Shown in pieces: positions 49,750 through 62,250 of a DNA stretch of 64,000 nt. The stretch is from Mobula hypostoma (lineage: Eukaryota): positions 52,268,001 to 52,332,000 of the forward strand of contig NC_086108.1 of assembly GCF_963921235.1 (NCBI RefSeq), written 5' to 3'. The notes under the pieces were generated by a model. It was given only the letters and a program-made list of their open reading frames with translations, had not been told where the DNA came from and did not search any database. Position 1 is the first letter of the stretch. Each line of letters begins with the position of its first letter. Both the position numbers and the translations under genes were made by a program.

Positions 49750-51900
49750 AATTATAGAACAGCACAGAATCCTCCTTGGTCAATCCATCAATGCAATCAC
49801 TGTACCCAGCACGGCTCATAGATTACGAAGTCTTGGCATTCAAGATGCAATGCAAGTTCATCTAGATACTTCCTAAATGTTGTGAGAGTATGTGCCTCCA
49901 GCACCCTTCTCACTGTATTCCAGATTCCAACCACCCTTTGGGTGGAAAACGAATTTCCTACTCCTTTCCTCAAACCTATTCCCTCTATTTTTAGACATCT
50001 CTGGTATTGGGAAAAGTTTCCTACAATCTACCCTATTTCTGTCCTTCATAATTTTCTATACTTTTGTTTGGGGTCATATCAGCCTTCTCAACACCAAGGA
50101 AAACTAACCAGTCTACCCTTGTCACTCAAACACTACATTACAGGCCAGTATACTCTTCAATGCAATCATGTCTTTCTTATAGTTTGTCAATTTAAGTTGT
50201 ACCTAACCAAAGTTCCATGACATTGTACTGTAATATCCTATGCCCCTGCTAATCATGGCAAGTAACCAACTTCCTTCTTCACTACCTTATCTACCACTAG
50301 TGAATTCTTAGACTTGAAGGTCCCTCAGTCCCTCAGCATTCTTTATGTATGTTGTACCCTTGTTAGTCCATCTCTTATTAAGACTGAATTGCATCTGCTG
50401 CTGCTCTGCTCAATTTATCAGCATATCAAAATCATCCCGTAACGTAACCCACTTTTTTCTTCACTATCTATGCTCCACTGATTTGCATGTCATCTGTGAA
50501 CTTGCTAATCATACCACCTATAATCAGATCCAAATCATTAATTTATACAAATTGGTGAGCACCAAACTGAATACAGGCTTCCAATCTCTAAAAACTCCTA
50601 CTTCCCTTGGAATCTTTACTCCTACTAAAAACTCCATTACCAAAACAATTTTAGAACCAATTTTCCCAGCTTTACCTTAGATCCTATGGGGTCTAAACTT
50701 TTGGACCAGTTTCCCCACATGAAACCTTGTCAAATGTCAATTTGAAGTCCAGATTATAGTAAACTGTATTTTCCTCATGAGTATATTTGTAACCTCTTCA
50801 AAACGCAAAATCAAATTGGTCACATGGAATCTGCCCCTAACAAAAACATGCTGACTATCTTTGAATAATTCAAATCTTATCAAGTCTAGCTCAATCTGTC
50901 CTTCAAAAAATTTTCCATCTATATCCCTACCACTGATAATAAATCTATGAGCCTGAAATTACCTGGCTTTTCCCTTCTGTCCTTCTGAATGAAGATATCA
51001 GATCAGCTATTTTCCATTCATGCTTAAATATGAATAAGTATCTATGTCTTATACCCTCTTGTAATTAATAATAGGTTCTAGAACTTCTGTGTTTCCCCTG
51101 CCTGAATTCTTCCACTACAATGTCTTTCTCCTTTATGAATAGAGATCAGAAGTATTGTTTGAAGCCCCAGATTGCCCTTTTAGTATCTGTTGGTCCTTGC
51201 AGATATCCCGGTTATCCGCTGGGCCTTAATTGTACTTAATAAAATGTCACATGCCTAATACCTTTCATTGCTGATATTTTATGTCCCTTTGTTCCACTTT
51301 TTCTAAATACTTCCCTCAATCCACACACATTTTTTGTGCTCCTGTTGGGAGTTCCTCCAGTTTCAATTTTCTATACTTGCCATATGCTTTTTTTTGAGCC
51401 AACTCTCATTATCCAAAGTTCCTTTTTCTTGCTGACCTTGCCTTTCATGTTTAGGGAGCAATTTCACTTCAAACATTGACTGTTATAGTTATATAAGTCT
51501 TCAATTAGTTGTACCTGCAAGCTACTGCTCCCAGTTTACTTTTGCCAGGTCCTATCTTATGATATTAAAATCACCTTTCCCCAATTCCAGATTTAAGATT
51601 CTGGATCACTTCAATAATGCATTTCAATAATTATTTTGAAACTTAGAATTGCAGTCACTATCTCATAAATGCTCTTACACTGACATCCCAATCACTTGTC
51701 CATCTTTACTTCCTAAGATCAAGTCCAGTGCTACCCTTTCTCTAGCAGGACCATCTATGTACTGACTCATAAACCTCTCTTAGGTGCAATTTTAAAATTC
51801 CATCCCCTCTACGCATTTCACACTTAATATTGGAGAAACTGAAACTCTAAAGTTTCAAACCTACATATCATGAGAACAGACCATCATTATCTTACCTTTT
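49750..51900 (-). mobile_element. Highly decayed CR1 LINE
   Basis: Recognisable remnants (aaccttgtcaaatg, aaaacatgctgact, ttccagattccaaccaccctttgggtg). Confidence 0.6.
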
Positions 51901-53487
51901 TATGATCCAGTCAAATTCAACGCTTTTGCCAGGTTTGGAAAGACTGAATTTCTATTTATATTTTCTCTTTCTACTGCAGTCTTCCATTGATGATGGAATG
52001 CAATACCAACCAGCACTGAGGGTTGAGTATCCTCAAAGGAGCAGTGGTAGATAAGAGTGTTGATAATAGAGGAAAGATTGTTGTGAGGCAGGCAGGAATT
52101 TGTTGAACTTACAATCAGATCAGTCATGACCTTGTTAAACAGCAGAGCAGGCTGAAGTAACCAAATTCCTAATTTGTTCCTGCTGTGTTGGTTATGCTCA
52201 ATAGTTAATGTTTCTTCTGCTATTTAAGCTTCCTAGAAATAGTGAAATAGCAATTTATTATTTATGTTATCACTGGACAGCAACCAAAGTAGATCCATAA
52301 TCTGAAAATAGATTTGAGTTAAAGGTTACAGGACTAAATTTTAGTTAAGATTGTTCTTTACTTATCATAAATACATTTTTCAAAATCTGAGATTGCCTAT
52401 GATAATCGTACATCTTAGTTTTCAGTGCTGTCAATGCAGTAACAAATCCCAAAGCTATCCACAAGAGATTATCAAACTGAGTTTACCAGTGCACATTAGG
52501 ACAGGTCACAGGCTTTAAGCACTTTCTTAATAGAAGAATGATTGCAAAGTAATTTAGGGGAGGAATACCAAATGTCATTTAGCTTATGCCTTCTTTATGA
52601 GCAATCCAATTAGGGTTACTTCCCTCCTCAATCCACAGCTTTTTAAAATACTTATCCAACTACCTTCTAAAAGTCTACACGCCACCCTCCACGTACACCA
52701 AATCTTAGCAACTCAAAACCACGACAAAGAAATATTTTCTCTTCTCAGCCCTGGGGCTTTTGCCAGTTTCCTAAATCTGTTTAGTGATTACTCATATGAC
52801 AACAAGTTCTTCTTTTTAAATCTCTCTTGAAATTTTCCTTTTCCAAGGAGTACAAGTGTAGCTTCATAGGCTTCTTAACAGAAGTTCTTCGTTTTAGATA
52901 TTATTTCAGTGAATCTCTTTTGCACTCTCTACCAGATATGGATATCCTCAAAAAGAGCCATCCAAAATTATAGACACATTTCCAGCTAGTCTTTCTTTAA
53001 CCTGAGAGCTAGCTCAAGCTGCCTCTAATTGCTGATGTTGTTTTGAGACCGAAGCTTTCTCTAGACTGAATACTAAGTTTGCAATGATTGAATCTGGTTT
53101 AACGGACTGCCCAAACAGCCACTATTGCTATTTTTGTACAGAAGAATGGTTATGCTTACAATTGGATCATTAGGCATTACATTTTATACAAAGGGGAACA
53201 AAAATTCATTGTTATTCATCTGGTTGGCAAGTATTTACTATTTTAAGCTAATTAAAAACTGTAGCACTCAATTTTCCTCTATTCTGTATAGTTATATTTT
53301 TGAAATGTAGAGACCCTACAAGAGAACATTGAACTGTTAAACTTAGAAAGTTGTCTTTTCAAAATCACTCATTATACCAGTACAATATTCATTACATCCC
53401 TGATTTATCTGTTTTGCATTTTCATGTTTTACTTTACTTTCCACATTTTATGTTAATTATGTATTCATACCTGATTAATTTTTTCAG

Positions 53488-53630
53488 CAGAAATCTCAAA
53501 ACTGGGTTACATCCATCCCAGAGGCTGGAACTTCATGAATCCAATTTATCCTGAAGCTAAAGCAAGAAGCGTGGATCAAAATTCACTGCCTGGAAAGATT
53601 ACAAGAAATGGTCCAACCTGGCTCCAGTAG
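53488..53630 (+). CDS. PDE4DIP: Probable terminal coding exon (NAGNAG acceptor); the phase-1 frame gives AEISKLGYIHPRGWNFMNP...GPTWLQ*
   Basis: ctgat branch-like motif and ttttttcagcag acceptor; stops at 53536 (phase 0), 53552 (phase 2) and 53628 (phase 1); followed by TE-poor AU-rich sequence. Confidence 0.5.
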
Positions 53631-55415
53631 GAATCATTGCAAACTACTGAAGCAGTACTTTTCTTTCCACCTCAAGAACAAAACTAAACAATGATATTTC
53701 AATTTTGTTCTACAAAAATAATTTAGGACAACATCTGAAAACAAATTTCACCTTTTGTGTATCCAGAGGAAACTCTTCTGCATAACCCAAATCTGATGAT
53801 CCTATATAAAACAACGAATGTTGACAGATTTTTTGTTTTATGTATAAATCTGAAGCAGGAAATCTTATTTATTTTGGGTCAAACATGTTTACCAAAAGAT
53901 GCTAATGTTTATGGCCCTAGCAATTGTATAGACTTGTTTAAGATGTATATGAAAAAGTGCTCAGTGTGAGGGATTGCATGTTATATTTAATCATGCTGTC
54001 TCCACACCCAAAGAAGAAACTCTTTAAATGTCAAGAGCTACATTGAGTTGGTATATAAGAATATAAATATGTTTATGACAAAGAAAAATCAAACACCACT
54101 TCCAGAAATGTTTTGAGTCCAATGATAGCTTTGGTGAACAGTGTCTTGCTATTTGAATTGTGCAATTTATAACAGAAAGATGTATCCTGGCCATAACTGG
54201 AAAAAATAGAGCCTTACAACATTCAGGGCAGATTAGAATGTTCACAAAGCAAAGACAAATAATGGGTACGTGCAATAAATTTGCCATTGAGGCCAAAGCT
54301 GTAACATTATTTTTGCTAAACACTGGAAATAAGATGAAAATCAGACTTTTAAATCTCAAAACACATTGCCTAGCATCGTGACATTATTTCAGAGTTTTAT
54401 TCAAAATTGCAATATGGTGGGTGAGAGTACGGTACAGTAAGACAATGCTGGTGACTCTGTATTTACTATTGTACACTTATTAGAAATAGTGGGTAAGTTT
54501 AGTAGCATTAGCATTGTTTTTTGTCTGAGCTGTGTATATAGCATGATGGCAAATATATAGTGTAACTGTGAGTTGCATTTTGTATAAAATTGTTGCTGCT
54601 GCCTGTTACATATACATTTAGAGCAAGTACATGCAAATAAGAATGTTGCCCAGTGAACTCAAGCATTTTCCCTATTAGCATTCATAATTGAAAACTGTTC
54701 ACTGAATCAAGTTCTTATATTTATCGTAATTGTTTTAATGAGAACTCAGATTACAGTATCTCCATTAATATTAATAATTGAAATTGTTCACTGAATCAAG
54801 TTCTTATAATTGTCATAACTGACTTCATGAGAACTCAGATTCATAATATATTACGAAAGCTTTGAGTGGCATTTGCTTTTCATTAGTTTTGCAATGGTCA
54901 GTACACGATAAAGAAACTTTAAAAAGCCAGGGATTAAAAAAGTGAGAGTGACCTTTTATTCACTAATTTCACTTGGTAAAGGGTAAGAATTCTTTTTATG
55001 ATTTGAAAAGAAAGATAATTACTGATCCCTGATGTTTGGTACAAACCAGAGGATTCCTGTGTTGAAGCATGTTTGTAGCCTGCAAACATTTAATATAAGA
55101 GGTTACTAAAAACCATATGATACAGCAGGTACCTTTATGGCATTGTTGTACACTGTATAAAGCGTATATACTGATAAATATTTAGTGTTTGTCCTACAGG
55201 TGTACATATTCTTCCTAGTGTACATATATATATATATATATATTCCATTCTATGTTGGATTATTGCATGCATGTATGGTTCAGTCCTGGGAAGTAAAGAT
55301 TACGATTCTTGGATTGTCTTAAAAAAGCTATTCTGCAAAAACATGGAGTTGTTTAACATTTGAAAGAAGAGTTTGCTTTCTTTGTCCAAAAAATAAAAGA
55401 CATGAGATACTCAAT
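53631..55415 (+). promoter_or_regulatory. Probable 3' UTR with polyadenylation signals AATAAA at 54274-54279 and 55392-55397
   Basis: AU-rich, free of recognisable TEs, many TGTA motifs; TEs resume right after 55500. Confidence 0.45.
54684..54843 (+). repeat. Tandem duplication, 2 copies of about 69 bp with about 90 bp period, each self-complementary
   Basis: ataattgaaa..tgttcactgaatcaagttcttata...atgagaactcagatt at 54684-54752 and 54774-54841. Confidence 0.9.
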
Positions 55416-55502
55416 GCCTGTTTAATTTCTATTCTATCTAGACTGATTTTGTGGGCCTCTAAACTGACACTCCTGTAATTTGGTAACTAAAAAGGAATTG
55501 AG

Positions 55503-55735
55503 TAACAGACAAAATGCTGGAGGAACTCAGCAGGTCATGCTGTATCTATGAAGAGGAATAAAGAGTTGAGGTTTCAGGCTGCGGTCTGGACTGGAAAGCA
55601 AAGAGAAAGAAGCCATAATAGAAAGGTGGGTAAAGAGGAAGGAGTACAAGCTGGAAGGTGATAGGTGGAAAGGTAAACGGCTGAAGAAGAAGAAATCTGA
55701 TATCTGATAGGAGATGAGAATGGGCCTTGGGAGAA
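55503..55735 (-). mobile_element. Penelope-like terminal fragment
   Basis: caaaatgctggaggaactcagcaggtc...; same family as the other copies. Confidence 0.75.
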
Positions 55736-55929
55736 AGTATTCCAGTGCAATTCCTCTGTCCGAGTTAACTATCAAGTGGTATTGTAAATAAAGCTAAGAA
55801 GCAAAGTACTGATAATTTTGAATTGTTCTTATGTTCAGATTATACAATTAGCCTTAACCCTGTAGGCTCCTCCCACTTAACCTCAAATCCCTATATTTTT
55901 CCATTTCCAGCTCCTTGTGCCTCCATGGC

Positions 55930-57105
55930 TTTGTGCATGGAAAATCAGTTCTCACAAAGTTGAATTTTTTTGAAAAGAAAGATTGACCTAGAAGGTTGAC
56001 AAAGTTAAGGCAATAAGATTATCCATGAGAAGTTTAGTAAGGACATTGACAAGGTTCCAGTTGTAAGCTGGTCCCAAAGGTTAGAACATACAAGATCCAG
56101 GCTGATATAAACTAGATATAAAATTAGGTTGGTGGTAGGAGGCAAAGGGCAGTAATGTATGGTTGTTTTTCAGATTGAAGGCCTATGACCAGTGATGTGC
56201 CACAAGGATCAATGCTGGATCCTCTGTCGATACCCTATTAACACTAATGATTAGGATAGTATGTAGCATGTTTGTAGATTTAACCAAAACTGGTGGCATA
56301 GTGGACAGTGAAAAAGTTGTTCCAAGATTACAAAAGGATATTTATCATCTGGGAAGTAGAAAAGGAATGGCAGGGAAATTAACTCAAGACACATGTGATG
56401 TGATGTATTTGGTTAAGTTAAACCAGGGCAGGACAATGAACCAGGACTGGAGAATGTTATTGATTAGCAAGATCTAGGGTAGAAGAGTTCCCTGAAAGTG
56501 AGCAGAGGTAGAATGAATATTAAAGAAGGCTTCAGTATTTTGTTGGTTGACATATTGAGTACAAGAATTAGGATGTCACGATACAGTTGTACAAAACTTC
56601 AGGTAGGCCTTGGAATATTTCATACAGTTCTGGTTGCCTAACTGCTGAAAAAAGAATTCACAACCATGTTGCCTGGATTGGAAAGCTTGAGTTATAAGGA
56701 GAGATTAGATATGTTGCCTGGAATAGATAAATTGGATCTGTTTTCTCTGGAGCAGAAGAGGCAAAAAAGCAACATGAGAGACAGGGTAGATAACCAGAGG
56801 CCATTTCCCATGACTGGGGAATCTGAAAGTAGAGGGCAAAGGTTCAAAATGAGAGGAAGAAAGTTTAAAGGGGATTTGAGAGGTTTTATTTACATATAAA
56901 GAGTAATTGGAAACTGGAGTGAGTTACCAGAAGGGGTGGTGGAGGCAGGTCATTTAAGAAGGTCATTTAAGAGACAGACAATTATTTGAATGAGTAAAGC
57001 ATGGAAGGATATAGAATTAATGCAGCCAAGTGGGATTCATATACATGGGCACAATGATCATAAAAAACATCAAAGACTCAGTTTCTATACTGTACAACTC
57101 TGACC
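55930..57105 (+). mobile_element. Old CR1 RT/3' fragment
   Basis: catggctttgtgcatggaaaatc, tgacaaggttcc, tgaccagtgatgtgccacaaggatcaatgctgg, CR1 tail. Confidence 0.75.
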
Positions 57106-57769
57106 CTAATTTACTTCATGCCATCACTGATGACTGTTATAGAACGTACATCAGTGCAGCATAGGAACAAATCTCTCAGTCCACAGTATATTTGCTGACT
57201 ACAAAGCTAGTTGAAACTAACCCCATCGGCCTATTATGTCCCTCAATAGTTGGCTATTCATATGTCTAAGTGCTTTTTAAATGTTGCTATTACACCTACT
57301 TCAATATTTACCTTGGCAATGAATTAAAGCCACTTACTACAAACACCATGTACGGAAAATTTCCTTTAACATTTCCCCCTCTCAATTTAAAGCCTCCATA
57401 TATCCTCTAGTACTTAATATTTCCACCCTGGGATAGTCTATCTACGCTTTTGTGCCCCTTGTAATTTTATATACTTTGACTGGGTTGTCCTCAACCTCCG
57501 ACAAACACTGCACAGAAAACTTCTCCTTACAGTTAATACACTTTCGTCCAAGCAACATCTCAGTGAAATTCTTCTACATCTCCACCCTTCTTGTAATGTG
57601 GCAACCAGAATCACATAATACTCAAATGTTGTCCAACCAAAGCTTTATGCAGCTGCAATATGACTTCCTAAATTCTAAATACAGCATCCCAACTGATGAA
57701 GACAAGCACCCAAGTGCCTTCCATAGCACTCTATCTAGCTGCCTTGCCATTTAAGGGAGTCATTGATGA

Positions 57770-57866
57770 CTGATGAAGGGTCTCGGCTCAAAATATTGAC
57801 TGTTTACTCTTTCCTATAGATGCTGACTGGCCTGCTGAATTCCTCCAGCATTTTGTGTGTATTACC
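57770..57866 (+). mobile_element. Penelope terminal fragment beginning at the hammerhead core
   Basis: ctgatgaagggtctcggctcaaaatattgactg...atagatgctgactggcctgctgaattcctccagcattttgtgtg. Confidence 0.8.
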
Positions 57867-60800
57867 ATTTACCAAGCTCCTCAGAATTCATTTAATTTCA
57901 AATAAAGGGCTTAAACACTTATACTTCTGACAGGGAAAGTAGCAATAAATGCATCCAAGATTGAAATAATCTAACATTAGTGGGACAGAGCAGATTTATT
58001 CCAAAGATGATATTAAAAACATATGACATTTTTAATACATTTTCACTTAACCCTGGGCTAAGGTACCATTTGAAAATCCTGCAAGTTCATTATATACTTC
58101 CTTAGTGATGCCCAGAATGCCTCAAAGTTCTCCAGTTGCCTAACTGGGATTTTCTCTCACCTTTGTACAGTTGTGGCAGAACTTTTATCCATTTAAATAT
58201 TTCCAAAAGCCAACATATTGTCTATGTTATTTTACTAACCTATAAACCTTCTTCCTCACCCCAAATATCTTCTGCATTTCCTGTTTAGAAAGTTCATATT
58301 AGTAACATCCATTATTGTTGCCTTGTGAAAAGAAAATAACTAGCTTTGTCAATCCTAACCTTTACAAATACACTTCGGCTGACTGATCAGTTCAAAATTT
58401 GCAAGGCGTTTAGTTAGTCTATCCTTATTTATAGATCCTAGTTGTTTTCTGATAGCAGATGCTAATGAACTAGTTGGTAATGCCCTAATCTCCCTCCTTA
58501 CCATGCCCAATTTTCAATCTGAAAGAAATGTTCCCAAATCAGGAATCTGAAGATAACAGCAAATTTCCAATGTCTCAGGACTATCAGGTTGACCCCTACC
58601 TTCAAGCAGGTGGGAAAATTTGCAACATCCTTGCAGATTTACGTGAACTGCGAGTATAGTGGACACCATCATAAATATAGCTCACTGGTTTTGTGTATAT
58701 GCTGGGGGAAAAGAGAAGAGATCAGCTGGTATGGTAAATGCACTATGATACCCATTTTTCAGTCAGCTGTGATATTTTATTTGTGTTAAGATCTTACAGC
58801 ACACACAAATATATATACACCGGTACATTAAAATCTTCACACTTCAGTAGTCTCTGTAAAAGATTAAATATTCATGCTTTTTCACAAACCTAAAAACTTT
58901 ACTGCAGGGACTAAAAGAGAGAAAACATCTGGCATCCAATCATAAAATTGTGCATATCATCAATGTAAGGCTTCTTAATTACTCAAACTATTCACACAGG
59001 CCTCAGAAAATCTTTTACTCTTTGTGTTCCCTGGAATGCTACTTTAAAGCAATAAGGAAACTACTATCAAAAAAAGAGATAGATGCAGGATGATTTTTTT
59101 TCAGACATAATGTGTCATAAAGTATCAAATGCAAAATCCTGCTTTGTATTTTACTATCATGGTGCTCCATTTGTTCTATCAGAATATGCCAGCAAATTAT
59201 AGAAATACTTGTGTATTGGTTGTCACTGAGTACTTCTTAAAATCTTCAGTTACTGAAGAAGAGCATCAAATTCTGATCCCAAAATTTACAACATTCAAAC
59301 AAGGAAGTTCTTTCAGATCTGTCCATTTAGACTTTAGTTTAAATGTTAATGAAAATTAACATTAAATATCTTATAACAGCATCTGCATTCTAAATAGCCT
59401 TTATACAAAGGTAATTTAGAATTACCACCTGTGTTGTTATTTGTGGAGAACACCATCAATATCTAATCATTTTATCCCAAAAAGATTTTGGAATATTAGT
59501 TCTTATGCTCCTCATTCAAGAATTCAAAATCATTCTGTAGATATGATGCTCATCTATTCCTTTAACTCTTCTTTCAAACCTCAAAATCAGATCACACAAA
59601 AGTGGAAATCAACCTTTGATAAATAATAATGACACTTCTGCATTACAGACATTGCACATTATGAAGCCATTCAGAATATCACTCCCTGCCTGCTTTTTGA
59701 GAGAGCTATCCAATTACTTAAAGTGCTGACCATCTTCCTCTTACACATTCAATTTATTCACTTCAATATTTATCCATTTCCCTTTTGAAAATTCTGGTTG
59801 AATCTGCTTCAATCACAATTGTTTGGTAAAAACTGTTTCCTAACATCACCTCAACTTTGTTTTATTGCCTTAAATACATGCTCCATGGCTACTAAACTAT
59901 CTGCCACAGAAACCAGATTCTCCTGTACTTTATTAAATCTGTTCACCATTTTACATATTTACTTCAAAACTCTTCCTGATCTTCTTTGGTCTGGGTGACT
60001 GCCAGATTTTTCATTATTTTAATGTTACATTCACTGGTAACATTGATAAACTCCTTCCATACCTCCCCAAAGCGATGACAGTATTCCTGAAGAGTGCTGC
60101 TCAGAACTGAACACCCTTCTACAGCTGAGTCTGTACCAGTTTCTTTAGCATAATAATTTATTTGTATTTCAAGTGTAAGCCTTCTTTACAAATATCAAGT
60201 ATCCCATACCCATTTTTTAATAAAAACTCTCATAGCTTCTTTTACCTTAAAAGATTTATGTACAAAACCAGATCTGCCCTTTCACACTCTTAAAAATGTA
60301 TAATTTGTTTTCCATTGTCTCTCCCATCAAGATGCATTACTTCTGTGTTAAATTTCATTTGCCGCATGTCTGCCCATTTTTCAAGAATCTGCCCTCTTAG
60401 TCTGTAACTATTATCCTTAATTAGCTACAAAATAAATCATGTACTTTGTGCCTCAGCTGTGTGTAAATAAGTAGATCTACATAACTTTTAATATTTTGTC
60501 AAACATCGTGAACATTAAATGTTTGCATTTTTTAGTTTATTATCAATATTGTAAATATATTTTCCATCTAAGATCTATTACCTAAAGTACTTCACATCTT
60601 GCAAATTAGTACAATGAATAACATGTCCCATTTGGAAACACTCGAATTTGTACATCAAGAACAAATGAGCAGGCACACAGATACAAAGCAGAATCTGTGT
60701 ACAGTATTAAATAGGGACAATGCTGAAAGCAAGAATTACAAAACATTAAGAGCTCTCAATCCAAAACAATTAGGTTTATTAAAATAGGTTGGGTCACATC

Positions 60801-61969
60801 TCCAAGAAAAATGCAATACTTAATAAATACTAGATAAGCTATTTAAAGGTGTTTAAATATAAAATCTAAACTCCAACTGTAAACTTTTCCTAGTGTAACC
60901 GCTCATCATGACTAAGATTGTCTCTTGTTTTACAAATGCTCGTCACATTTCCAATCCATATCGACAAACTGAATTATCATTGCCGATGCTATAAAATTCA
61001 ATATTGAACTTGTACCTCAATCTGGGAAAGTGCTTGTAGCGATTATGTAGAAGGCAACCAACACAACTGCTAAAATCCTAATGAAGCTCCATCACTGAAC
61101 AGCCAACTAACATGGGCATTCATTTACCATTTTGGCATGCTGGCTACAGGGATAACAGATCAGATTGGTTTATACAGTAAAGTAGTAACATATTTCTTCT
61201 TGTACCGATGTGTAGCACTGAGAACCATCACTCCATCCTAGAACAGAAAAATAAGGTGAAAAATGATTTATAGGTTAGTCATTATTTACCAAAGTAAATA
61301 ATGCTTTGTTATAAATACATTGAAACAGTAAATTGATTAAAATTTTAAAAGCTAGTAAAATTTCTTAACATTCTAAGTTTATTTTACTCATTTGGACTCT
61401 GGAAGAATTAAAACCCACAGGAATAATAATGCAAAGGTCAAGTAGTTTAGGAGACTAATAGATCTACAGGTGAGTTTGTGATGCTGTGGTATATTTTTAG
61501 ACATTCTTACAATCATTACAAAGCATTATGAGTCCTGGAACTAGAAAGGGAAAGTGTAGTAAGAAGTCATTAATATCCTGGAAAAAAACAGAATGCTTCT
61601 ATAAGAGATGGTAAAATCATATTCAATTCTTTTCCACACGAAGGACTTGTTCAATTGTACATCAAGTCTCAAAGTAATGCCATCAATCCCATTCTCCCAT
61701 TTATTTCACTATAACACATTCTGTTTGATATGCCATTAACTCAGTTTTGATTCTTCTACAGCTCACCATATTAGAGGCAACTTAGTGGCCAATGAATCTA
61801 CCAACCAGCACATATTTGAGATGTGGGAAGAAACTAAAATGCTTGGAGAAATCATCTATGTTTTGCATGGTGGCACTCTTGCCAAGCGAGAAAACCACTC
61901 CAGATTACAGCACAAAAGTTTTGACTGACCAATTTTTTTTTTTTTTACAGTGTGGTAAGAATGCTCACT

Positions 61970-62250
61970 CTAAGGTTCTGTCTTTCAGATGAGATGTAAA
62001 ACTAAAACAAGCATTTTCAGATGAGGATGCAAAATATTCTAAGGCATTATTTTGAAAAGAGGGAGGAAATTACCTCCAAGTTCCAATCTTCACAGCATCT
62101 GAAAGCAGATAGTCTGCTGATTATCTTTTATAGGAACATCTGAGCATCTTGAATGCCATTTTCCTGCAAGTGCCCCACCACAAAATGCGGTTCATTGGAT
62201 GTAAAGCATTTTTAGTTTCCAAGATCATGAAAGTTAGTACTTAAATTCAA
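61970..62250 (+). mobile_element. Deu-SINE remnant
   Basis: gtctttcagatgagatgtaaaac...ggcattattttgaaaagag...ttcattggatgtaaagcattt. Confidence 0.55.

Larger units (their letters stand above)
4311..55415 (+). other. PDE4DIP: 3' portion of myomegalin / phosphodiesterase 4D-interacting protein gene (multi-exon; 5' part lies upstream of the window)
   Basis: Spliced translation contains, in the expected order, motifs recognisable from vertebrate myomegalin: SLAEVQQELHMLQRQLGE, GDVSSGSSGYQ, GAELLEEHFREIRVMRQRLEESIHTNDQLREQLE, SPPVRDTG, GSFAKKNGSHVIGHIDDYNALQQQI, LLKMFWR, KEGMEQFIVSQLTRTHDVLKKARSNLE. All introns are GT-AG with matching phases. Could be a myomegalin-like paralog rather than the strict ortholog. 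Confidence 0.9.

Noticed and set aside
54739..54752. TGAGAACT matches the 5' end of miR-146
   Set aside because: Only 8 nt match, the rest differs, and it lies on the 3' arm, whereas miR-146 is a 5' arm product.
55223..55243. (TA)n microsatellite (another near 2545-2557)
   Set aside because: Ordinary short microsatellites with no evidence of function.
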